Shown piece by piece: positions 14,258 to 26,870 of a stretch of DNA of 64,000 bases; position 1 is the first letter of the stretch, and every line of letters starts with the position of its first letter. The notes beneath the pieces are model-generated. The model made no database searches and was not told the DNA's origin. It worked only from the letters and a program-made list of their open reading frames with translations. Source of the stretch: Eledone cirrhosa (taxonomy: Eukaryota); contig OZ024746.1 of the NCBI GenBank assembly GCA_964016885.1, positions 28,520,001-28,584,000 on the forward strand. The letters run 5' to 3'. The position numbers were made by a program, and so were the translations under genes.

Positions 14258-14805
14258 TGGCTGCCAACTCGTTTTCGAGTACGGCCACTACTTTATATCC
14301 ATGTAGGAGAACCCCTACCAATGCGCTGAACGAGTGTGACTTTTTAGTCCAGCCAGCGACTTGAAAACTCTGGTACAAACACTACAATTATTGACACATA
14401 GTGCTGGGCCCATGGTACCATGTGACGACAAGTGCAGAGAGATCTCCAGATATAAAGCAATGCCTGTGCTGTGAAGCTTTTATAGTGAGCAAAGGCACTG
14501 CACAAAGCCAGTCCCACTCTCTTAACCAAGATGATATTTACCAAAAAGAAGAACAATTCAACATCATTGGATACCATCAGGGTTGCAGGTGTTATATCAG
14601 AGTTTTCCTTCTCCTAGAATTCTGCCTTGACAAAGGCTAAGGGGTCATCGCTCTCGGTGATTTTGGATGGCTATTGACTCTTAAGAGCCCCTTTGCCTTT
14701 TGACAGGTTTTGTTTTTAGTCCTCAGGATGTCCAAAGCCACCCTCCTCACCAAGAAACCTTTGTGGGGTTGCCAGTTTAGTCGCCAACGACCCGACCATG
14801 AGACA
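14255..14805 (-). mobile_element. probable RTE-clade LINE 5'-UTR fragment
   Basis: Reverse complement contains CTAGGAGAAGGAAAACTCTGA, a motif I recall from RTE 5' regions. GC-richer island between microsatellites. Confidence 0.4.
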
Positions 14806-14842
14806 TGCATATACATACATGTATATACATACATACATACAC

Positions 14843-14915
<73 letters not shown>

Positions 14916-15220
14916 GCAAACAAATTTAATATGGATGGAAATAATCCAGCAAACAGACCGAGGGACATACAAACATGCACGCACATGCACACACACAAAC
15001 ACGCACATACATACACACACACAAACACGCACATACATACACACACACAAACATGCACGCACATGCACACACACAAACACGCACATACATACACACACAC
15101 AAACACGCACATACATACACACACTCAAACATGCGCGTGCCTGTTAGGAGGAAACGCACTGAAATAAGACCCCAGATGATGAATCATGTAAGCTGAACCA
15201 GTGTCACATATTTTAACATA

Positions 15221-15406
15221 TGGATTGGCAGTATCGGTAGAGGGTCGGACACCATGCTTTGACGCATAGAGTTACGTCCCTTGCCATTCTGAGTTCAAAT
15301 CCCGCCGAGTTTAACTTTGCCTTTCATCCTTATGGGGTCGATAAAATAAAATACCAGTAATGCACTGGTTAATTGCTGGCCTTGTGCCAAAAGTAGAAAC
15401 AATTAT
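15221..15406 (+). mobile_element. SINE family A
   Basis: Full-length match to the family A consensus. Confidence 0.9.
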
Positions 15407-15763
15407 ATCAGAGTAGAAATATGATTGCTGGCCGTGATAAAAGACTGACAGGTACACCGTTACACCGTCTGAATTTCCCCTGCCTTCAACTCGATGTCAG
15501 GTTTCCAGAAAATAAATCTGGCAGCAGCTTCATTATGTGTTCTATGTGTATTCTCCAGGATATTTTCTGCACCTTTCTCAGCATCTAGCTGAATGTGCTA
15601 TTAATTCTCTCTGTCAGTGTTTCAGTCCTCTGAGGCATTTTTGTCCATCACTGTCTTTGACAGCATTTAGCTGTTTTAACGGCTGTTCCAGCGACAAGTT
15701 TTGTCATTTTTTTAATATATTCAAATACACTCCCGCTTCGCTCGATCAGAGACGACATTGTTG

Positions 15764-15800
<37 letters not shown>

Positions 15801-16206
15801 AGAAGAAGTTTATGAAATGGAAATGCGGGTATACAGAATTTATTAGGTAACAATTGTTTCTATAGTGTATGGGTTACCTATAACTCGCTATTTGAATAAT
15901 ATAAAAATATTATCATAAACCGAAGGTACACTGTAAGCAAACACACCATGTCGTCAGACCTTTGTATTGGAATGATATGAAAATATTTTATACACTAGAT
16001 AAAAGATAAAGAAGGAGGTAGGAAGAGAAGGGGAAGAGGGAAGTGAGTAAGGTGGAGGGAGTCTTAGGATTTAAGACTGTCAGACTAGTAGAGATTGTAA
16101 GGAGAGAATGTTTTGGCAGCAGTTAGGCGTGTTAGGGTTGGCGGGGAAAGTAAATTCTTCTAGTGGTGTTGTTCGGACAAAATTTAGTTAAAGGGGTCAA
16201 AGTGGT

Positions 16207-16240
<34 letters not shown>

Positions 16241-16259
16241 GAGAGAGAGAGAAAAAGAG

Positions 16260-16330
<71 letters not shown>

Positions 16331-16889
16331 GAGAGTGAGAGAGAGAGACTTTGCTGTGCTGTGATCGAGGACACCCCTAATCACGGGAGTACACAATGCA
16401 TGGGTTGATGCGAAGTGAGTATAGACTAAAACAGCTTGGCGCCCGCGGTCGAGGGATAACCCTTTCTTTCGTTCTCTCTCTCTCTATCCCCCTCTCTCTC
16501 TCTCTCCCCCTCTCTCTCTTTCTCTCTCTCTCTCTCACTGCCTCTCTCTGCCTCTCTCTCTCTCTCAATATATATATATATGGCTAAACGAGTGTATATA
16601 TGTACATAATAGAAAACCGATCTAAAATCTGTCATGGAAGTCCTTTAATACTCGGAATTTTAATAACATTTCACGGAATTATTTAGTGAGAACATTTCAA
16701 TTGCAATAACTCTATTCTATTATCTTGCATTTATTTCTAACCGACGCAATTTATGAAAACCGCATAACAATATACTACTTAACATTATTAAATCTTTTTC
16801 AATATTTGTAATTGGTTTGAGAGTCTAAACGACGCCGGAAGGAAGTTCGCCTCTGTATGATGATTCACCTATTGCAAATACATACATAT

Positions 16890-17001
<112 letters not shown>

Positions 17002-17351
17002 TTATATGTATGCATTACATTATGAAGTTAATTTACTGTTAAATTCTGGTCCATAGCTAGCATATATCACATTCACAAATTTGATATACGCAAAGAAATT
17101 ATTTTGAGATATATATATTTGTGTATAGATTGTATTATATATATTTCTTTTATAGATTGCGTCACGGTATCAGGACATAACTATTTCACCATAGAAATAC
17201 GTATTATGTCCTAATTGTGTAATAAAAGAAGTTATGAAATCTAGCCTTTGTATTATATTATGAATGTGAGTGTATATGTATATATAAGAATGTTCACTCT
17301 CACATATACGCACACGTACATAAACACAGATTCTCACACGAGCGTGTGTGA

Positions 17352-17570
17352 GTCAGCGAGACCAGAATTTCCGAAGCGCATGCCTTCCCATCCATATACG
17401 GCGCTTACGAGGGGCATGCATCTGAAGGCGGAATCGCTGTGTTGTTTCGGAAAGGCTTGGATCTCATGATACGAACCCGCTTCCTGGACACAGAATGTAA
17501 GTTGGTGATGTTTGTCCTGACTTGCAGCGAAGAACATGCTTTTAGACTAATGGCTGTATATGCCCCCTAG
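17352..17570 (+). mobile_element. L1/Tx1 LINE APE-endonuclease fragment (not in ORF track)
   Basis: Frame reads VSETRISEAHAF...EGGIAVLFRKGLDLMIRTRFLDTECKLV...AFRLMAVYAP*, homologous to DPESRLVLLDLGSGEGGAIRLVAVYGP at 43.5 kb. Confidence 0.75.
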
Positions 17571-17850
17571 AGTTTGGTTTTGCCTTTCATTCTTACGGGG
17601 TTGATAAAATAAAATACTAGTAACGCAGTGGGGTCGATTTAATCTAATTTCCTCACACTCAAAATCATTGGCCTTGTGCCTAAATCAAAAAACATTTACG
17701 TTCTCGGTTCAAATTCCGCCCAATTTTGCTTTTGTTTTTCATCCTTACGGGGTAGATAAAATAAAGTACGGGAAAGGCACTGGGTTGATTTAATGGATTT
17801 CCCTTCCCCCCAAATTTTTGGCGTTGTAACAAAATCAGAAACCATTAATA
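17571..17850 (+). mobile_element. two tandem partial SINE family A copies (long-spacer variant)
   Basis: TTTGCCTTTCATTCTTACGGGGTTGATAAAATAAA...GGCCTTGTGCC, followed by GGTTCAAATTCCGCC...TCCTTACGGGGTAGATAAAATAAAGTAC. Confidence 0.75.
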
Positions 17851-17964
17851 TTATTATTACTGTTCCAGTCTAATATCGAAGTCATCTTATGGAATATTGT
17901 CAGGTTATCAATGTTTATGCAGGAAATCAGAAAATAAAAATATGCCTTATTTATATGGGTGTTT

Positions 17965-18703
17965 GAGTGAGTGCGTGTGTGCTGTGTGTTTGTGTACGTG
18001 TGTTTGTGTCTGTATGCTTGTGTGTTTGTGTGCCTGTGTGCGTGTGTTTGTGTCTGTGTGCGTGTGTGTTTATGTGCCTGTGTGTGTGTGTGTTTGTGTG
18101 TCTGTATGCGTGTGTGTTTGTGTGCCTGTGTGCCTGTGTGCGTGTGTTTGTGTGTCTGTATGCGTGTGTGTTTGTTTGCCTGTGTGCGTGTGTTTGTGTG
18201 TCTGTATGCGTGTGTGTTTATGTGCCTGTGTGCGTGTGTTTGTGTGTCTGTATGCGTGTGTGTTTGCTTGCCTGTGTGCGTGTGTTTGTGTGTCTGTGTG
18301 CGTGTATTTGTGTGTCTGTATGCCTGTGTGTTTATGTGCCTGTGTGCGTGTGTTTGTGTGTCTGTATGCGTGTGTGTTTGCTTGCCTGTGTGCGTGTGTT
18401 TGTGTGTCTGTGTGCGTGTATTTGTGCGTCTGTGTGCGTGTGTGTTTATGTGCCTGTGTGCGTGTGTTTGTGTGTCTGTATGCGTGTGTGTTTATGTGCC
18501 TGTGTGCGTGTGTTTGTGTGTCTGTATGCGTGTGTGTTTGTTTGCCTGTGTGTGTGTGTTTGTGTGTCTGTATGCGTGTGTGTTTATGTGCCTGTGTGCG
18601 TGTGTTTGTGTGTCTGTATGCGTGTGTGTTTGCTTGCTTGTGTGCGTGTGTTTGTGTGTCTGTATGCCTGTGTGTTTGTGTGTCTGTATGCGTGTGTTTG
18701 TGC

Positions 18704-18738
<35 letters not shown>

Positions 18739-18748
18739 TGTGCGTGCC
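17965..18748. repeat. GT-based higher-order minisatellite (TGTGCGTGTGTTTGTGTGTCTGTATGCG...)
   Basis: Tandem degenerate units built on (GT)n. Confidence 0.9.
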
Positions 18749-19024
18749 GGTATGTGGTTTGTGTGTGGGTGTATATCCCTGTATATGTTTGTTTCTTTAA
18801 TTCCTTATACTTTGGTAGCGTCTTATCAATCATAACATTCTCCATCTAATATATCATCTGTTGTTGACAGCCATCTTCTCCTCTACCTTTCTTACTCTGT
18901 CTCTATCTCTCTCTCTCTCTTATCTCTCTTACTCTCACATAATCCACTGTTTCATATATATACATATATATATATCCATCTATTATGCAAATGTACATAG
19001 ATTATATATATATGCCTATGTGTA

Positions 19025-19105
<81 letters not shown>

Positions 19106-19108
19106 CTA

Positions 19109-19163
<55 letters not shown>

Positions 19164-19214
19164 GTATTATTCTTTTTGTTTCTTTCCCTGCTCAAGCATA
19201 CTCACATAAGCGAA

Positions 19215-19291
19215 TACACACATAATATATACACATACATATACACATACATACATATACACATACATACATACATACATACATACATACA

Positions 19292-19325
<34 letters not shown>

Positions 19326-19375
19326 CATACATACATACATACATATATACATATATACATACATATATACATATA

Positions 19376-19409
<34 letters not shown>

Positions 19410-19459
19410 CATACATACATATATACATACATATATACATATATACATACATACATACA

Positions 19460-19493
<34 letters not shown>

Positions 19494-19603
19494 CATACAT
19501 ATATACATACATACATATATACATACATACATATATACATATATACATACATACATACATATATACATACATACATACATATATACATATATACATACAT
19601 ACA

Positions 19604-19634
<31 letters not shown>

Positions 19635-19706
19635 CTACATACATACATACATACATATATACATACATACATACATACATATATACATATATACATACAT
19701 ATATAT
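19215..19706. repeat. (TACA)n tetranucleotide microsatellite
   Basis: Continuous ACAT repeats with TATA interruptions. Confidence 0.95.
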
Positions 19707-20099
19707 CAAAACCTAGTCCAATATATTACACATCTGTTTTCTGTGTTTTCTATACTTTTCTTTATCCATTAAAGTTTATCATATTGAATTAGGGTACCTC
19801 TGTTACTCTCTCTCTTTATCTCACTCTCTCTTTCTCTCTCGCATTCTCTCTTTCTTTCTCTCACTCTTTCTCTCCACCTCTCTCTCTCTCTCTCTCACAC
19901 ACTCTCTTTCTTTCTCTTACTCTCTCTCGCCACCTCTCTCTGTATAGTTTTACTATTTGTCTTCATGTCTTTCTCTCTCTCTCTCTCTGTGGTTTTGCTA
20001 TTTGTCTTTATCTCTCTCACTCTCTCTCTCTTTCTTTCTCCCTCTCTCTTCTTCTCTTTCTGTGGGTTTGCTATTTATCTTTATATCTTTCCCTTTCAG

Positions 20100-20134
<35 letters not shown>

Positions 20135-21586
20135 ATCTCTCTCTCTCTCTCTTTCTCCCTCTCTCTCCCTCTCTCTCTCTCTTTCTCTCACACACACTGG
20201 ATATTCTCTTTATCTTTATATTTTGCTCTCTACATTTATTCTTGTGCTTATTTCTAAAGTTGTTTCAAACAAATGTGTTCTGTACAGATTAAAGAATTGT
20301 AAAATAGAATTTTTTATATATCATGAAAATAGAGAAAATATATAGAAAATATATAATTCTCTTGTGTTGCTATTTTTCTTCTTTGTTTTAATTGTTTTCG
20401 AGGAAACAAATAATATTTAAAGTTTGACAGGAAATCTGATTCTAGAAAACCTGGTTAATATACTTTACAATTTCAATCCAAAAGTAAATGAAGCTTCTAA
20501 ACAGCTCACATGCCTCAAGGAACCTAATCTTGCTCCTTTCGTTATACAAAGAAGCATGGAAGAATTCATATTATATAAATGATTAGGGAGTATCCACGAC
20601 CTTTAAGGTTGATTTTTACAAGCCCTACTCCCTCGCAAAAACCAAATCCGCTTTTAGACCATCGAGCCTTTTCTTAGAATCTTTGACTCCATCTTCATCT
20701 CCCAGGCATATAGAAAGTAAATGATTAAATGATATATCGATACAAAAAATAATAAATAGAACATCCTGTACCACACGGAACCACATTAGCAAGATTTTGT
20801 TTAATAGTATAAAACAGCTCTGAGACTGCATCTAACACTGCAAATTTTCACAACAATCTGTTCACTAGTAAAGGTACCGTAAATATTTGAAATAATGTTT
20901 ACCGTATCTTTGCTAGTAGACATTCTTCCGCATTATGAAATCACCAAGAAAGTCCGATAGAAGTCATTTCTATATAATATAAAGATGACTATACTCTACC
21001 AAAGTATTGAGTAGATTTGTTTTAGCTGTGGTCAAGTTTCATTATAAGATTTCTACAAGTTGGGTGAAATTATATCAATTTATGTAGAAGCTTGTATAAG
21101 ATCAACAGATACTTATTCAAGCGGGCTCTTATAAATCTTCAGTGGGTGCCCAATAATATTAATATTGATAACCAAATCAACATCAATATTTAGCGATAAT
21201 CACCATAAGTGCTTGAGGTAGCTGCTAGGTTGTTAGTCCAGCAGCTCTAAAGAAAATCTCACACTGTCTCGAAAATAGGAGGAAGGAGATTACCGCCAAA
21301 AAACAATACATGCGCAGGTCAATGAATTCTGAAAAGAATTCAAGCCACGTGCTAGAACTCAATTGGATTTGAAAAAAAACTATATGTGCACATCGCTTGA
21401 TGACACATATAGATATTTCTCGGGCAAAATAACAGAATGAGATACAAGAACAAACAATCAATATTCAAATAAAATAATAAACAAAGAGAGTCATACCTTA
21501 TATCGGGAAAGTTCATATCCGTATACCAAGAGTAAATATATAAATATATAATCGGAGAAAGCTAATAGCGATACTCCGCTTAAGGG

Positions 21587-21642
<56 letters not shown>

Positions 21643-21646
<4 letters not shown>

Positions 21647-21885
21647 TTGATCATGCTTTTATTTTTAATTTCATTCGCACCGTTTCCTCCCACCCCCTTT
21701 TCGCTATATGTCTCTCCACCACTCCCCTACACACCCTTTGAACTCTCTTCCCACACACTTTTCACCTGAAGAAGGGCTATGCCCGAAACGTCGTTCCCCA
21801 CCACCACCCACTCTCCAGAGCGTGAAATTAATAAACATTCGTTGTACTGCCTCTCTGTTTTGTTCCTGTTCAAATTTTCCATTAT
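21643..21885 (+). mobile_element. Penelope-like terminal-repeat element family X in (TA)n, with hammerhead motif at 21763-21795
   Basis: CAC CTGAAGA A GGGC tat GCCC GAAACGTC GT, followed by AATAAA. Near-identical minus-strand copy at 52121-52296. Confidence 0.75.
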
Positions 21886-21898
21886 ATATATATATATA

Positions 21899-22117
21899 CC
21901 CCTTAAGTGGCTAATTGAATACACATGGGATTTTTCTCAAAAACAATTTTCCCTTCCTTCCTTTTCTCACGCTAGGTCTTTCTATTTCTTCTTTTATTTC
22001 TCATTCTCTCTTTTGATAAAGGACTGGTTTCCGAAACGTAAAGATCCTTTTCCTGTTATATCTAGCGTTAAACTAATTATTTCTTCATTGAACTGTGTTG
22101 TTTGATTTGCCGCTTTT
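21899..22117 (+). mobile_element. Penelope-like terminal-repeat element family Z with decayed hammerhead at 22009-22044
   Basis: TCTT TTGATAA A GGA ctggtt TCC GAAACGT A AAGA: stem I TCTT/AAGA, palindromic ACGT stem III, two core substitutions. Confidence 0.55.
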
Positions 22118-22139
22118 ACACACACACACATATATATAC

Positions 22140-22213
<74 letters not shown>

Positions 22214-22216
<3 letters not shown>

Positions 22217-22766
22217 GATAAATCTACCAAGAGTTTACGGTAGTGTCCAATCCGTATGAAGAACTCAATATAATCCGGATATCATGGAAAGAAGAGATGC
22301 ATTCAAAAATCACTTTCGGTGAAAGATAAACGGAATACAGAGTCAAGATAAAATGTTAAAAAAATAATGAATAAAACAATGAAACAGTTCCTTATATTAA
22401 ACAAAAAAAGTTCATTATTTAACGATCGTTTCTAGGACATATATGTGTTAGAATTGGTATGCATATTCAACAGATCTATGTACAAAATTATACAAAATTA
22501 TACAAATTATCAAATATAATATACATACCAACACATACATATGCCGTCTTCAGAAATAATTCTGAAGACGGCATATGTATGTGTTGGTATGTATATTATA
22601 TTTGATAATTTGTATAATTTTGTATAATTTTGTACATAGATCTGTTGAATATGCATACCAATTCTAACACATATATGTCCTAGAAACGATCGTTAAATAA
22701 TGAACTTTTTTTGTTTAATATAAGGAACTGTTTCATTGTTTATTCATTATTTTTTTAACATTTTAT
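22214..22766. mobile_element. family Y fold-back element (~205-bp inverted arms) carrying long-stem-II hammerheads on both strands
   Basis: 22348-22555 is the reverse complement of 22560-22766. Flanked by (TA)n on both sides. Homologous to 52426-52775. Confidence 0.85.
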
Positions 22767-22784
22767 ATATATATATATATATAT

Positions 22785-22902
22785 ATAGGAACGAGTAGGA
22801 CCCCGGGGTCCTACTCGTTCCTATTACCCACTCTACTACCCTAAGTATTGAGTACTTTGGTGCGTTATGGTCCACCTGGTTCCTTACCACATTTCCTTCG
22901 TT
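22785..22902 (+). mobile_element. family W short element with perfect 40-nt palindrome at its 5' end
   Basis: ATAGGAACGAGTAGGACCCC|GGGGTCCTACTCGTTCCTAT then TACCCACTCTACTACCC...CATTTCCTTCG-(TA)n. Homologous to 50047-50208. Confidence 0.8.
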
Positions 22903-22927
22903 ATATATATATATATATGTATGTATG

Positions 22928-22958
<31 letters not shown>

Positions 22959-23438
22959 ATAAAGGATAACATGAACATTATATAATGAAAGAAGCTTTTT
23001 AAATGCCAGTATGAGATAGAAGATATGATGATAGCAACTGTGTGATATTTCTTTCTTTAGGAGCATCACGTTCGACAATTGAGATTGTCATGAGCAAGTT
23101 ATGGATGACGAACAGGGGAAGAAAAATAAGACCTAAATACATGACATTCTGTATCTATAGAAGACATGTTAAAGCTTTGAAAAAATATTAAGTAAAGACA
23201 CACACATGTGTGTGTGTGTATATATATATATATAAGTATGTATACGTACATACATATATGTATACAGACGTACAGTAATATGTATATATATACATACATG
23301 CACACATATATACATGTACGTATGGATTTACCGAACATATATTATAATGCTCGGTTTATTTGTAAACAAACATGCCGAATTAAGCCGTACAGTGTTTAGC
23401 AACCATCGTTGCCCATTTGTTCAACACTGACAAAGGAA

Positions 23439-23479
23439 CGATGTACTAGTTTCAAGCTTATTAGCTATCGTCAGCACCG
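23439..23479 (-). ncRNA. minimal type-I hammerhead ribozyme motif
   Basis: Reverse complement of the 23837-23877 motif. Confidence 0.75.
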
Positions 23480-23836
23480 TATACCTTCCTGCCAGATGAT
23501 TGAACGTCTGAAAGGATATAATTTCCATATGCATATTAATGGCTGAGCATTATAATAAATGTTCGGTAAATCCATACGTACATGTATATATGTGTGCATG
23601 TATGTATATATATACATACTACTGTACGTCTGTATACATATATGTATGTACGTATACATACTTATATGTATGTACTAAGAGTGAGAAATGAAATTTCGTT
23701 TCATTTTTTCTATTTATCGTTTTCCGTGCGCTCGGCCGATTAACTCACTCGATATGCAAATTAGGCTGCTCAGCCGTTAATATGCATAAGGAAAGTATAT
23801 ACTTTCAGACGTTCAATCATCTGGCAGGATGGTATA

Positions 23837-23877
23837 CGGTGCTGACGATAGCTAATAAGCTTGAAACTAGTACATCG
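23837..23877 (+). ncRNA. minimal type-I hammerhead ribozyme motif
   Basis: CGGTG CTGACGA T AGCT aata AGCT T GAA ACTAGT A CATCG: stem I CGGTG/CATCG, palindromic stem III ACTAGT, GUA cleavage triplet. Confidence 0.75.
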
Positions 23878-25857
23878 TTCATTTGTCAGTGTTGAACAAA
23901 AGAGCAACGATAGTTGCTAAACACTGTACGGCTTAATTCGGGATGTTTGTTTACAAACAAACCGAGCCTTATAATAAATGTTCGGTAAATCCATACGTAC
24001 ATGTATATATGTGTGAAGGCTGTCCCATCGAATTACAGGTACAGTCCATTTGAAGGTTTTCCATACATTTTCCAGTTACCCAATTGCCCTCACATGGTTT
24101 GAGTTGAAACGTGACTATAGTAAATGATACTGACACGACATGCCACGTCGGATTGAACCCTAGAGTAATGATTGTCAAGTGAAATTTTTTATCTATTCAG
24201 CCAGTATGAGTTCACATAGATGAATTCATATCCTCTTTTATCAGACAATAGAGTGTCAGGAAAACGTGAAACATGTGCAGTGTGTATGTATGTATGTATG
24301 CATGTATGTATGTATGTATGTATGTGTGTACGCATTATGTATCATTGGATATATATATGTATATAAATGTATGATTGTATGTATATATTTATATGTATGT
24401 ATGTACAGATGATTGTATGTATGTTTGTATGTATCTATGTATATATGTATATAAGTATGTATGTATGTACGTATGTATGTATGTATGTATGTATGTATGT
24501 ATGTATGTATGTATGTATGTATGTATATATGTATGTATGTATGTATGTATGTGTGTGTGTGTATGTGTGCGTGTATCATTGCTGGCTGAAGTCTTGGCAA
24601 TACGCTGCAGATGTTTTATCATTGAGCTATCGATTTCGTCAATTAAAACAAAATGGGGAAACCTATTTTTTTGGCATACCAGATTCGATTTCCAGATAAT
24701 GAAATATAATTAACCAAAACCAATACACCTTTTATTCAAACGTCGACGATATATCTTTGCGATCAATTATGCAACCAAATGTAGCAGCTATTGCATAACA
24801 CTGCTGATAACTAGCAAGCGATTGTGTGGGAATCAATAAAAAAATCTCTTATTTCTTCAACATAGGAGCTGGTATGTCTGTCTGATTACGGAGTTCGCTT
24901 TTCTACCATGTGGTTTCGGGTTCATTCACACTGCGTAATACTTTGATTAAAAGTCTTTAACTATAGTTTCGGGTTGACCAATGTCTTCGAGTGAAATTTG
25001 GTTGACGGAAACGGTGCCAATGAAAAACAGGGAAGCACTCCTTTCTCTAGCAAGCTGGCCTCTTGTGGGAAGTAATTAGCCTAGAAAACTAATAGATAGT
25101 AACCCTTTCCCCAACAGGATAGCATCTTATCGGATATGGTTGACTTAAAAAAGAGATAATGAACATTTTCAAATACCAGCTGAAACCTGGGGATGTCGAT
25201 TAGACAAAAGTACGTCAGACAAGCACGTCAATATTCGTCAATGTTCATTTCCAAATATATTCTTTCCTAACATCTGGATTATCTATTCGTTATGTGATGT
25301 CTCATATCGCTAGGTTACTCTACATGTTTATATGTACACACACACACACGCACACACACACACACAACACACACTCACACACACACACACACAAAGGAGT
25401 GTTGGAGGAGGTGGGGTTTGTTAAGTGGCGACAGGAATACTGCGTCCTTAGATAATGCCATACTTTTTTAACAACCAAGGATTCTCTGGACGATGGCCTA
25501 AAATCCAGCTTAGTGTGACGTTAGGCAATTAAAGGGTTAAATTGCTATAGAGAGAAACAGGCTCATGTAAATTGTAAAACTAATTAAAAAAAATATAACT
25601 AGAATACAAGATATAAAAAATATAAAGGTTACAAATTTGCAAGAATAATGTTTACAAAAACTTATAAACATTATGTGCTAAATTTATGTTAAATAAATTA
25701 ATGAAGTGAAATAGAAAGAATATAACAAAAGCGGTTATTTTTAATTCTAATGGCCAAGATACACGAAAGCACATTATTGGATGATAAAGGGGTTGTCAAA
25801 GCTATTTCTTGTGTATATATATATGTGCGTTTGCAGTTTGCATTGAGGACTATATAT

Positions 25858-25952
<95 letters not shown>

Positions 25953-26024
25953 TGTATATATATGTATGCATATATATGTATGTATATATATATATATAAA
26001 TATACATATATATATACATAAATT

Positions 26025-26083
<59 letters not shown>

Positions 26084-26094
26084 GCTCGATTTGT

Positions 26095-26181
<87 letters not shown>

Positions 26182-26654
26182 GCTCGATTTTTTATATATA
26201 TATATTTGAATATTTTGAACAAATCGGGATGGAAAACCTCAGGCATTATATATTCGGTTTTTATGACGATATTAAATACAATACTTTTTATTGAGGAAAG
26301 TAATACCACCGTTTATAGGTATCGATTTCTCTGCGGGTTTTCATAACACGAAAGAACTTCTAGAATTTCAAAGAATTAGAATAAAAATGTTTATGTTGCA
26401 TTTTATTTCCATATTTCTCGTTACATATCAGATAGCAGATTCAGTAAAGCCGTATAGCCTTTAGATGTCAGGAATATTGTTTTGTTGTAGATAATTTCTC
26501 GAATATTGAATGTTGAATGTTAAATGTTTCAATATATCTAATGAAATTGTAAGCGGCAATAAATAGTGGTTGGTAGCCAAGTCTCTAGTTCAATGTTTGC
26601 TTTTGTGAACGTGTTTAAATATAGAGGAAATTATTATTTCTTATGTGTGTGATA

Positions 26655-26870
26655 GTGGATTGGTAGTATCGATAGAGTGTTGGACAACATGATTGGCAGC
26701 ATAGAGTACGGCCCTTTACGTTCTGGGTTCAAATCCCACCGAGATTAGCTTTGCCTTTCATCCTTACAAGGTCGATTAAATAAAGTACCAGTTTCGCACT
26801 GGAGTCAAGTTAATCGACTTTCCCTCCTCCAAAAATGGTTGGCCTTGTGCCTAAATTTGAAACAATTATT
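26655..26870 (+). mobile_element. SINE family A, long-spacer variant
   Basis: Family A head and tail with an extra GGAGTCAAGTTAATCGACTTTCCCTCCTCC segment. Confidence 0.85.

Larger units (their letters stand above)
23232..24014. mobile_element. rearranged inverted-repeat element (PLE-type terminal repeats) with two hammerheads
   Basis: ~23300-23549 is the reverse complement of ~23768-24014. 23232-23352 is the reverse complement of ~23545-23665. Another fragment lies at 28750-28935. Confidence 0.8.

Noticed and set aside
17355-17470. Three-way RNA junction (TTTCCGAAGC/GTTTCGGAAA; GCATGCC/GGCATGC) and GTAAGT donor at ~17497
   Set aside because: The region is explained as a LINE endonuclease coding fragment, and there is no complete ribozyme core.
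20440-21480. Complex sequence that looks like decayed coding DNA
   Set aside because: Only short ORFs and no motif I can assign. It may be an old transposon, but that needs a profile search.
26290-26350. Possible minus-strand hammerhead (ATGAAAA...GAAATCGATA)
   Set aside because: The core is too degenerate and there is no convincing stem I or II.
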